Origin: Pyrobaculum aerophilum str. IM2
Lineage (GTDB): Archaea > Thermoproteota > Thermoprotei > Thermoproteales > Thermoproteaceae
Direction: 5' to 3'
DNA: 32,000 bases
Assembly (NCBI RefSeq): GCF_000007225.1
Contig: NC_003364.1
Location: 2,010,001-2,042,000, forward strand
The position numbers were made by a program, and so were the translations under genes. The notes beneath the pieces are model-generated. The model worked only from the letters and a program-made list of their open reading frames with translations, ran no database searches and had not been told where the DNA came from. Positions 24,655-32,000 of the stretch are shown one piece after another (positions within the stretch are counted from its first letter, which is position 1; the number at the start of each line of letters is the position of its first letter).

Positions 24655-25596
24655 CTAGAACAGCTGGAGAAGCCACGGGGCCTTGTCTCTTTGCGGCTTA
24701 AGCATTTTTAACATTCTGGCCTCCTTCACGCTTTCCTCCTTCCTCCGCTGAGAGATTTCATCCCCCCTCGGCGGCGCCTTTATTTCGCTGGGCTTTCCGC
24801 CCGCCATATTTACAAATGTAAAGAAACCATCGGCCACTCTCCTCCTGCCTCTGGACCCGAAGGCCTCTACCACAAACCCAATTTCTATACTTGTAGAACC
24901 CACGTGCGTCACGCCCGTTTTGACCTCAACTATGTCGCCGACATAAATAGGCCTTCTGAAGACAATGCTATTGACGCTTGCAGTCACGTAAACAGTGGGG
25001 TAATAGCTGAAGGCCTCTACAAATGTCAACTCGTCGAGTTTAAACAGAAGCTTGCCTCCATATAACAACACTCCGTCTAAGGAATCCTCGGGCATGGCTA
25101 GAAAACGGCTAACTGAGTGCCAATCGGCGTTTACAGCAGGCCCCTCGGCTTTTAAAACGGCGTCGGCCTTGGCCCTCCACTCGTCGAAATATCTGCAAAG
25201 CTCCTCCCAGCCGGAGTCGCAATTGAGGGATTTGCCCACGGGCGTCGGCCTCCCCTCTTGGTTTATTTTGACAAATATCATCCTCCCGGCGGTGGCTAAG
25301 TTCAACTCATCGCCTCTTTTTACATATGACTCAACTAATACGCTGAGGCTGGATCTCCTCACTCCCACGACCCAGCCTCTAAACATGAGCAAGTAGCCGA
25401 GCCTCACAGGGGAGATGAAATGCGTCTTGTCCAAAAACCCCAATACCACGTCCCCCTCTGCGAAATTCATAGCGGCGACGGTGCCCACGTCAGCTAGCCA
25501 CTGTAGCATGTACCCCCCGTATAAAGTGCCGAGTGGGTTTACGTGCCTGTTAGACACAAGCCTGACGGCCTCCACGAGAGTTTCGGAGACGTACAC
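24655..25596 (-). CDS. Acyl-CoA thioesterase with tandem hotdog domains
   Basis: The first domain carries NPLGTLYGGYMLQWLADVGTVAAM. The second domain is LLYGGKLLFKLDELTFVEAF...IVFRRPIYVGDIVE. This layout is typical of Acot7/BFIT-type double hotdog enzymes. Confidence 0.8.
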   Translation of the reverse strand: MYVSETLVEAVRLVSNRHVNPLGTLYGGYMLQWLADVGTVAAMNFAEGDVVLGFLDKTHFISPVRLGYLLMFRGWVVGVRRSSLSVLVESYVKRGDELNLATAGRMIFVKINQEGRPTPVGKSLNCDSGWEELCRYFDEWRAKADAVLKAEGPAVNADWHSVSRFLAMPEDSLDGVLLYGGKLLFKLDELTFVEAFSYYPTVYVTASVNSIVFRRPIYVGDIVEVKTGVTHVGSTSIEIGFVVEAFGSRGRRRVADGFFTFVNMAGGKPSEIKAPPRGDEISQRRKEESVKEARMLKMLKPQRDKAPWLLQLF

Positions 25597-25642
25597 AACG
25601 CTGCCCCCTTATGTTTATATATAAAGTTAACATACGGGTTAT

Positions 25643-26410
25643 GTGATTCCGCCTAACCACCCTAGATATAGAAGCCTTTTAGAGAGGGAGAGGCTTGTAG
25701 AAGGCTTTAGAGAGGGCTATGTAGTGCCTCAGGGGCTTATCGCCCAGGGCAGGGGCGAGTGTTTTGACTACCTTTTGGGAGAGGAGACGCAACAATTCGC
25801 CCTTGAGGCTATTACGGCCGCGGCCGCCGCGTTACTCCTAGCAAAACATCCAGTTATTAGCGTTAACGGCAATGTGGCGGCGCTAACGCCCAGGGAGGTG
25901 GTGGAGCTCTCAGAGGCCGTTCCCGCCTTAATAGAGGTTAATTTATTCTACCGTAGCCGCGAGAGAGAGGATAAAATAGCCGAGGTGTTGAAGAGACACG
26001 GCGCCAAGTCGGTCTTAGGCGTAGGCGACGACGCCAGTTGCACAATACCTGAGCTTTTCAGCGAGAGGAGGAGAGTCAGTTGCGAGGGGATTTATAAGGC
26101 AGACGTAGTGCTAGTCCCGCTGGAAGACGGCGATAGAACTCAGGCGTTACGCAGGCTGGGGAAGACGGTAATAGCTATTGATTTAAACCCCTTGAGCCGC
26201 ACAGCCCAGGCCGCCAGCATTACTATTGTTGATAACATAACTAGGGCGATGCCGAGGCTTGTTGACGCGGTGAGGCGTATGAAAAACGCCTCCAGAGAGG
26301 AGTTAGAAAACGTTTTGAAAAACTATGACAATAAGAGAGTCTTGGCATCAGCCTTATTGCACATATCGAAGAGAATTGAGGAGCTGGCTAAAAACATACG
26401 AGAGTCTTGA
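25643..26410 (+). CDS. Archaeal phosphopantothenate synthetase (4-phosphopantoate--beta-alanine ligase, COG1701)
   Basis: The motifs [42 protein letters not shown] and EVNLFYRS match the family as I remember it. The genomic context is pantoate kinase, panE and panB. Confidence 0.8.
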   Translation: MIPPNHPRYRSLLERERLVEGFREGYVVPQGLIAQGRGECFDYLLGEETQQFALEAITAAAAALLLAKHPVISVNGNVAALTPREVVELSEAVPALIEVNLFYRSREREDKIAEVLKRHGAKSVLGVGDDASCTIPELFSERRRVSCEGIYKADVVLVPLEDGDRTQALRRLGKTVIAIDLNPLSRTAQAASITIVDNITRAMPRLVDAVRRMKNASREELENVLKNYDNKRVLASALLHISKRIEELAKNIRES

Positions 26411-26522
26411 TGCGCCGCCTAAGCCGTTCCCGCATTACCGGAAGAAGGTGCCAGGTAGCATAGGGCGGCGCTGAGGGGCTGGCAAACACGCCGTCTGCGT
26501 CCGCCGGCATGTGCAGAAGCGC

Positions 26523-27302
26523 CTAGGGGAGGAGCGGCTCCACCCGTAATTCTCTCAGCGTTTCTACGTGGACTTTCCCAAGGGCCTCCACGGCGTGAGC
26601 CACGTCTAAAATCCAGTCTCTTTCTACAAACACCACTAAGACGCCTTTTTTTGCAAATAGCCCCAAGACTCCCGGGAGCTTGCCAAGCGTCTCCATACGC
26701 GCGTCTAAAAATCCCACGCGCTTTGAGAAATTTAAAGCTATTTTGAGGAAGGCCTCAAAGGAGGGGTTTTTTAAAAACTCGGCGACTGCCTCGGCACCTG
26801 CGCTGGCGATTACGCTGTGGCGGGATGTGAGCATGTGGCCAGTGCTTATCTGCGCCAAATCCGCGGTCACAACTCCCACTTTAGGACACGGCATGGAATA
26901 CGCCTCGCCTATTCCGGGCGCTCCCGCCTTAACTCTCGCCACTAAACACCCCCCTGTATATATGGCGAGGACGTCGCCAAGCCCTGTTCTGCGCGACACC
27001 TCCTCCACGTGGGCTTTGACAAAGGCCCGCGGGGCCAGCCCCGCCTCCCCAATGGCCTTGGCTATGGCCACGACTGCAGATGCCGCATAGCCGTAACCCA
27101 ATGGAAAGGGCGAGGCGATTTTCACGCCCCCGTCGCGTTCTAACAACGCGTCGTTGTACCTCACGCCCACTCCCTCATATACGGCAACGGCCCCTCCGAC
27201 GAGCACCCCCGCCCCAACAGATCCCGTGGTTACAGGGTCGTCTGTATACACAGGAAGCCAAAACCCCGAGATGTGGTGGGGGATAAAGAGCCGTTTAGCC
27301 AC
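26523..27302 (-). CDS. Pantoate kinase (archaeal GHMP-family kinase, COG1829)
   Basis: The N-terminal motif is PHHISGFW and a GHMP motif-2-like segment reads PLGYGYAASAVVAIAKAIG. The start overlaps the panE stop by 8 nt. Confidence 0.7.
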   Translation of the reverse strand: MAKRLFIPHHISGFWLPVYTDDPVTTGSVGAGVLVGGAVAVYEGVGVRYNDALLERDGGVKIASPFPLGYGYAASAVVAIAKAIGEAGLAPRAFVKAHVEEVSRRTGLGDVLAIYTGGCLVARVKAGAPGIGEAYSMPCPKVGVVTADLAQISTGHMLTSRHSVIASAGAEAVAEFLKNPSFEAFLKIALNFSKRVGFLDARMETLGKLPGVLGLFAKKGVLVVFVERDWILDVAHAVEALGKVHVETLRELRVEPLLP

Positions 27303-28134
27303 TGTTGCACAGAGACTCTCTGGCTTTAATAAGGTTGAAAAGAGCTTTATTCACAGGCGTCGCTACGCCGAGGGCCTCTCCGTACTTAACCACTGCCCCG
27401 TTGATGTAATCAATCTCAGTTTTTGCACATGCCGCCACGTCGCGCGCCGTAGAGGAGAGGTTCTTTGCAGTGGCCGAGGCGACGCGGAGAACCTCCTCAA
27501 CAGGATTCCTCGGCATTTTAACGCCTAACGCCGTGGCCACATTTAAAACCTCTTGCGCAACTTCTAAGGCGAGTGTTTGAGCGTAAGGAGAGGAGATAAT
27601 TACGCCGTTAGGGGCTTGTAGCAGAGCAGTTATGGCGTTAATAGCCGCGTTGACTGCCAGTTTCAACCAGCGGTACGGCTCTATGTCTTCAACTAATCGG
27701 ACCCTGCCTCCGCCCCTCTCCAAGAGCTCTGCCAGCGTTGAAACAGCGCTTGGCAGATATATCTCCCCAACTCCCCTCAACTCTGCCCTACACCCCTCTC
27801 GATATACTCCGTACGTCACCACGGCAGGTACGCTGTTGGGATACGCCTCTTTTATCTCCTCATACCCGCCAATGCCGTTTTGCGCCACAACAGCCACCCC
27901 CTTGAGGTGAGGCACAACTGAGCGGGAGTCATACGCCTTAACAGCCACTATTGTGTAGCCCACGTCGTCCGCGGCGCCGCCCTCTCTGAATTTCAGCTTC
28001 TCGCAGTCTCCCTCAACGCAGAATAAAAACTCCCCGCACCGCCTCCTCTGGACGACCTCTGGGACTACCCCAGCTCGGTTTAAAAAATACGTGAAGAGAG
28101 ATCCCACAGCGCCAAGGCCGATGACGCGCAACAC
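27295..28134 (-). CDS. panE: 2-dehydropantoate 2-reductase (ketopantoate reductase)
   Basis: The N-terminal Rossmann motif is VIGLGAVGSLF. The conserved ApbA C-terminal motif is WLKLAVNAAINAITAL. Confidence 0.8.
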   Translation of the reverse strand: MLRVIGLGAVGSLFTYFLNRAGVVPEVVQRRRCGEFLFCVEGDCEKLKFREGGAADDVGYTIVAVKAYDSRSVVPHLKGVAVVAQNGIGGYEEIKEAYPNSVPAVVTYGVYREGCRAELRGVGEIYLPSAVSTLAELLERGGGRVRLVEDIEPYRWLKLAVNAAINAITALLQAPNGVIISSPYAQTLALEVAQEVLNVATALGVKMPRNPVEEVLRVASATAKNLSSTARDVAACAKTEIDYINGAVVKYGEALGVATPVNKALFNLIKARESLCNSG

Positions 28135-28166
28135 GAGAAATATAAAGTAATTAGTTTTAATACAAT

Positions 28167-28955
28167 GTGTCCGCCAGGAGGCGGGTTACGGATTTTGTAA
28201 AGGGAAAAGGGCCGTATGTGTGGGTCACAGCTTACGACTACCCAACAGCTAAAATAGTAGACGAGGCCGGCGTAGACGGAATACTAGTGGGCGACTCGTT
28301 GGGAATGGTGGTGTTGGGCTTGCCCAATACACTCGGCGTAACTCTCGCGGATATGATAAGACATACCCAGGCAGTAGCCCGCGCGCGGCCAAGGGCGTTA
28401 GTAGTCGCAGACATGCCGTTTATGAGTTACGAGACCGGGCCCAGAGACGCGCTGAGGAACGCGTCTAAATTAATTAAAGCCGGGGCAGACGCAGTTAAGC
28501 TGGAGGGAGGCGCTGAATACGCCCGTATTGTAGAAAAGCTCGTAAAAGCGGGGATACCGGTAATGGGCCACATTGGCCTTAACCCACAGCGCGTCTTAGC
28601 CCTAGGCGGCTTTAAAATGGTGGGCCGGACGGAGGAACAGAGGCGTAAGCTACTAGACGACGCAAAGGCGTTAAGAGACGCCGGGGCCTTCTCCCTTGTG
28701 ATAGAATTCGTCCCCGCGTCTGTGGCAAAAGAAATTACAGAGGCCGTAGACATACCCACTATATGCATCGGCGCGGGGCCCCACTGCGACGGGCAGATAC
28801 TGGTTCTACACGATATAATAGGCCTTACGGAGAGGCCTCCCTCTTTCGCCAAGAGATATGCCAACGTCGCCGATGTGATACGAAGCGCAGTTAAGCAGTA
28901 TGTAAATGAGGTGAAGACGGGCCAATTCCCCTCTAAAGAACACTTTAAAGAGTAG
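28167..28955 (+). CDS. panB: 3-methyl-2-oxobutanoate hydroxymethyltransferase
   Basis: The motifs VTAYDYPTA, VGDSLGMVVLG and KLEGG are present, with length and order typical of PanB. Confidence 0.9.
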   Translation: MSARRRVTDFVKGKGPYVWVTAYDYPTAKIVDEAGVDGILVGDSLGMVVLGLPNTLGVTLADMIRHTQAVARARPRALVVADMPFMSYETGPRDALRNASKLIKAGADAVKLEGGAEYARIVEKLVKAGIPVMGHIGLNPQRVLALGGFKMVGRTEEQRRKLLDDAKALRDAGAFSLVIEFVPASVAKEITEAVDIPTICIGAGPHCDGQILVLHDIIGLTERPPSFAKRYANVADVIRSAVKQYVNEVKTGQFPSKEHFKE

Positions 28956-28980
28956 ATCGCGTGGACGCTTTTAGGAGAGA

Positions 28981-28992
28981 AAACTTAAAAAC
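28981..28992 (+). promoter_or_regulatory. BRE/TATA-like box aaacttaaaaac for tRNA-Thr
   Basis: The box is centred about 26 nt upstream of tRNA position 1. Confidence 0.55.
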
Positions 28993-29041
28993 ACGACGGA
29001 AAATATAGGGCGAGCCCCGGTAGCTCAGCCCGGTCGGAGCG
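28983..29041 (+). repeat. Promoter plus 5' tRNA segment, copy 2 (near-identical to 18570-18628)
   Basis: See copy 1. The same sequence blocks appear in the same order. Confidence 0.8.
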
Positions 29042-29108
29042 CCCAGGGGCAAAGCCCCGCGTAAGCCTCGTAAGCGGGAGGTCCCGGGTTCGAATCCCGG
29101 CCGGGGCT
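29014..29108 (+). tRNA. tRNA-Thr (anticodon CGU) with a 20-nt non-canonical intron inside the anticodon stem (between positions 29 and 30); CCA not encoded
   Basis: Hand-folded. The acceptor pairs GCCCCGG/CCGGGGC, and the T arm is CCGGG-UUCGAAU-CCCGG. Removing 29045-29064 (aggggcaaagccccgcgtaa) is the only single excision that yields a perfect anticodon arm, CCCGC-CUCGUAA-GCGGG. Confidence 0.8.
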
Positions 29109-29153
29109 TTTGTCCCTCTTGTATAATGGCTTAAACTCTCTCTGGAGATAGCA

Positions 29154-30014
29154 TCACATCCTCTCTTCGCGCACATAGGCTTTTGCAAGCCATTTAGGCG
29201 CCAGGGCTTTGAGCCTTGTTTTTCTCATCAACATCTGTACGGCAATCAGTATTATCGCCGAGGCTAAGTAGGGAATTGTATTGAGGAGGTGGGGGGAGAT
29301 CTGGGTATATCTTTGTAGAGTGTATGACAGCGTTATGAACAACGAGGGCGCGAGGGAGGCTATTATAGCGATTAGGGGGTTCCACAGTGATATCATTGCG
29401 GTTATAACTGCAAGAGTCCCCCAGCCCATCACAAGCGGCTCCGACCAGTTGCCGTAATATATTAACACTAGATATGCCCCAGCAGAGGAGGCCAGCGCGC
29501 CCTCCAGCACGCCGGCGAGTTTGCGTATTCTATAAACGTCTACGCCCATGAGATCTAGAGAGGCTGGGTCGTCGCCGCTTGCCTTAATTACTATGCCTGT
29601 CCTCGTTCTGAACAGAAAATATACTGCTAGAGCGACTAGTCCGGCTATGAAGTATGCCTCATATCCTTGTACAAGCGGCTTTTCTATTGGGCGTCCCACA
29701 ATTTCTTTCGCCGCTTGGGAGCCTATGCCGTAGGCGATCATGGTAAAGGCGAATCCCAATAGCACTTGGTTTAAAGCCAAGTCGTTGGCTAATACGTAAT
29801 ACAAGAGATTGTAGATCACGCCTACTGCTATTGCCAAAATATAGCCCCACGGCGGCCCTGTTGCGGCTGCCACAGCCGCTGACAAGTAAACCACCCCCTC
29901 GAGGCCTAGGTTTAAAACCCCCGCCCTCTGGCCAATAATCGCCCCCAGCGTGGCGAGCAGTATTGGCGTTGCGCCTTTTAAAGCCTCGAGGATTATTGGA
30001 AGCTCTACCGCCAT
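29154..30014 (-). CDS. ABC transporter permease (BMP/ribose-type, COG1079-like)
   Basis: The 286-aa polytopic membrane ORF overlaps the upstream permease by 10 nt. It forms an operon with a duplicated-ATPase gene. Confidence 0.8.
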   Translation of the reverse strand: MAVELPIILEALKGATPILLATLGAIIGQRAGVLNLGLEGVVYLSAAVAAATGPPWGYILAIAVGVIYNLLYYVLANDLALNQVLLGFAFTMIAYGIGSQAAKEIVGRPIEKPLVQGYEAYFIAGLVALAVYFLFRTRTGIVIKASGDDPASLDLMGVDVYRIRKLAGVLEGALASSAGAYLVLIYYGNWSEPLVMGWGTLAVITAMISLWNPLIAIIASLAPSLFITLSYTLQRYTQISPHLLNTIPYLASAIILIAVQMLMRKTRLKALAPKWLAKAYVREERM

Positions 30015-30967
30015 ACTACCCTATATTTATACATCACGTATCCGGCCAAGCCCCACGCCATCGCCGTGCCTACCAGGGCGTTTGCCACGAGGGCTGGCAA
30101 CCCCATTACTTTTAGGTTAACGGCGACTTGGTAAAGCCATGCGATATAAAGCGAGGCCGCCGCGGCGCCCAGCGGGTGGAGGGCCCCGAGCCACGCCGCC
30201 GATATGCCGTAGAGGCCGAATCCCGTGCTGACTTGTTGAAGAGTCATGTACCTCCCTGCCTCCCTGGTCATTATCTCCACTGCGCCCCCAACTCCCGCCA
30301 AAGCGCCGCTTAAAAGAAGCGCGCCGATGATATATGCCTTAGGCGATTTGCCGGCGTAGCGGACGATTTCTTCGCCTGATGCCAGAAGCCTTAAAGTGAG
30401 CCCAGCTCGGGTTTTATACAGCGCGATTATAGTTATGAGCAACGCGGCGTATAAAACGGCGGCGATAATTAAGCTCAAAGACGGCGCCTCAATTGTTACG
30501 ACAAAGCCTTTTTTGGCGGGGTCGCGCAAAGGCCCCTCGACAAAGTATCGGGCAACGTATACAGCCGCCATTGAGAATAGAAATGTGGTCACAGCCTCGT
30601 TTATCTCGGCGGCGGCTCTCAACAACGCCGGCGTTAAAGCCCAGGCTGTAGATGTAATGACGGCCAGCGCTAAAGCCTCTAATACGTTGTCAGAGGCCAC
30701 GGCGGCGAGGGCGCCCATAATGGCCTGACCCTCTTGGCCTATATTCCAAAGGCCTGAGCGGTAGGACAAAACGCCCGATAGGCTAATAATGGCTACGACG
30801 AGAAACACCCTCGTTAAATACTGGAGATCTACTGACGTCAAAGCCTTAGCCGCTCTCTCCGCGTCGCCAGTAAAGGCGAGCACAATTATTAAAACTGTGG
30901 CGAGAGAGCCAAAGGCGGCGAGTAGATAAGACAGTGGGTAGGCTTCTCGCCTCTGTACTAGCCTCAT
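30005..30967 (-). CDS. ABC transporter permease (BMP/ribose-type, COG4603-like)
   Basis: The 320-aa polytopic membrane ORF overlaps the ATPase gene stop by 4 nt. Confidence 0.8.
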   Translation of the reverse strand: MRLVQRREAYPLSYLLAAFGSLATVLIIVLAFTGDAERAAKALTSVDLQYLTRVFLVVAIISLSGVLSYRSGLWNIGQEGQAIMGALAAVASDNVLEALALAVITSTAWALTPALLRAAAEINEAVTTFLFSMAAVYVARYFVEGPLRDPAKKGFVVTIEAPSLSLIIAAVLYAALLITIIALYKTRAGLTLRLLASGEEIVRYAGKSPKAYIIGALLLSGALAGVGGAVEIMTREAGRYMTLQQVSTGFGLYGISAAWLGALHPLGAAAASLYIAWLYQVAVNLKVMGLPALVANALVGTAMAWGLAGYVMYKYRVVWR

Positions 30968-32000
30968 TGGGTCATTGCGTCTGCTATTTCGCTGATGTCA
31001 AACGGCGGGGTGAAGACCCCGGTTATCCTCCCCTGTGATATAGTGTATATTTTATCCGCCTTCTCCACGGCCTCTTCCACGTCCTCAACGCTTAAAATCA
31101 CGCCGCCAGACACAGTCTCTCTCACAATGGCGTAGAATTTCTCCGCGGTCTCCACATCGAGTCCCCGCGTGGGGTAAGAGGCTATCAGGATATAAGGCTT
31201 TCTGTACAACACCTCCCGGGCTAGGAGGAGTTTCTGCTGATTGCCTCCAGAGAGAGAAGCGGCCTTCGCCCCTGGGCTGGGGAAGTCGATATCTAACTCC
31301 TTCCTGGCCTCTTCTAACACCTCTAGGCACTTGTCTGAACACCTAATTCTAAAATTATCAATGACAGAGAGGTCTTTTGCCAAGGCGCGTCCGCGGTCTT
31401 CTGGGAGATAGGCCACGCCTTTTTTCAAGAAATAAGTATAGGGCTTGCCTGTCACGTCCTCGCCGTTTATAATAATCCGGCCCCCCTGGGGTTTTTTAAA
31501 ACCAGACAGCAATTCCATCAGCTCCTCCTGTCCGTTGCCCGCGACGCCGAGGACGGCCACCACCTCGCTCCTCCTAAGCTCTATATTTACATCAGTTACC
31601 TTAATTCCTCGCAAGCCCTCTGCTCGGCATATAATGTCGCCGGGGTTGTAAGACTTATAAACGCGGCGTTGTACAACGCCTTGGAACATTGCTGTTAACA
31701 ACTCCCCCTCTTCAAAGGGCTTTTCGTACGTCCCCACTTTCTCGCCTCTCCTCAACACAGTGATTCTATCTGCTATTTCAATTGCCTCTTTTATTTTATG
31801 CGTGACGAAGACAACAGCCTTCCCCATTTTTGCCAAATTCCTTATAATATTTAACAATGCCTTAACTTCACTGGGACTTAGTAGAGAGGTGGGCTCGTCC
31901 ATAAGTATTAACTCGCTGTTTCGGGCGAGCGCCTTCACTATTTCTATTCTTTGTCTCTCGCCCACAGTCAGTTCATAGACGTATTTCTCCAGGGGGAGAT
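30964..32000 (-). CDS. ABC transporter ATP-binding protein with two fused ABC domains (partial; 5' end beyond the window)
   Basis: The frame stays open to the window edge (...LPLEKYVYELTVGERQRIEIVKAL). The first-domain signature and Walker B (LILMDEPT) are present. The second domain carries VLGVAGNGQEEL, LSGGNQQKLLLAREV and a degenerate Walker B. Confidence 0.85.
   Translation of the reverse strand, partial: LPLEKYVYELTVGERQRIEIVKALARNSELILMDEPTSLLSPSEVKALLNIIRNLAKMGKAVVFVTHKIKEAIEIADRITVLRRGEKVGTYEKPFEEGELLTAMFQGVVQRRVYKSYNPGDIICRAEGLRGIKVTDVNIELRRSEVVAVLGVAGNGQEELMELLSGFKKPQGGRIIINGEDVTGKPYTYFLKKGVAYLPEDRGRALAKDLSVIDNFRIRCSDKCLEVLEEARKELDIDFPSPGAKAASLSGGNQQKLLLAREVLYRKPYILIASYPTRGLDVETAEKFYAIVRETVSGGVILSVEDVEEAVEKADKIYTISQGRITGVFTPPFDISEIADAMTQ

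Noticed and set aside
26405-26475. Possible C/D box sRNA (uugaugc ... cugagg) in the convergent spacer after the phosphopantothenate synthetase gene
   Set aside because: The C-box candidate lacks the terminal GA needed for the kink-turn. There are no recognisable C'/D' boxes or terminal stem.
28985-29188. 67-aa minus-strand ORF
   Set aside because: It lies antisense across the whole tRNA-Thr gene and its promoter, so it is a GC-rich artefact.
1-32000. CRISPR arrays, rRNA genes and IS elements with terminal inverted repeats
   Set aside because: I looked for regularly spaced direct repeats, rRNA-like conserved blocks and transposase-like ORFs and found none.

Overview
The window looks like a chromosomal segment from a hyperthermophilic crenarchaeon of the Thermoproteaceae, probably Pyrobaculum-like. 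Three things support this: roughly 50% GC overall, A/T-rich TATA-like boxes about 22-28 nt upstream of most start codons (a leaderless-mRNA architecture), and very GC-rich tRNA genes carrying non-canonical introns. Most of the window is housekeeping. It holds two MFS transporters, a small SAM methyltransferase, a KaiC/RecA-like ATPase and an srp54 / trmY-like / pus10 gene string. It also holds guaA, a gamma-glutamyltranspeptidase, a ThiS/MoaD-like protein ending in Gly-Gly, two MBL-fold hydrolase paralogs (one with two frameshifts) and sfsA. The rest comprises a DUF1028 Ntn-hydrolase, ppdK, a compact archaeal-type CoA-precursor cluster (acyl-CoA thioesterase, phosphopantothenate synthetase, pantoate kinase, panE, panB) and a two-permease plus duplicated-ATPase ABC transporter that runs off the right edge. 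Three tRNA genes are present: Leu-UAG, Cys-GCA with a T-loop intron, and Thr-CGU with an anticodon-stem intron. The most unusual part is an AT-richer block of about 6 kb (18.7-24.65 kb) starting immediately 3' of tRNA-Cys. All of its genes are uncharacterised: two wHTH proteins, a secreted Pro-rich protein, a ParA/SegA-like ATPase, a frameshifted small gene and a coiled-coil protein. It also encodes a 585-aa P-loop NTPase with a long helical C-terminal domain, and, divergently, a wHTH-domain protein translationally overlapped with a Ras-superfamily small GTPase. I see no integrase, CRISPR array or rRNA. Several apparent frameshifts coincide with short mononucleotide runs. Two GC-rich intergenic blocks may be structured RNAs that I cannot classify by eye.
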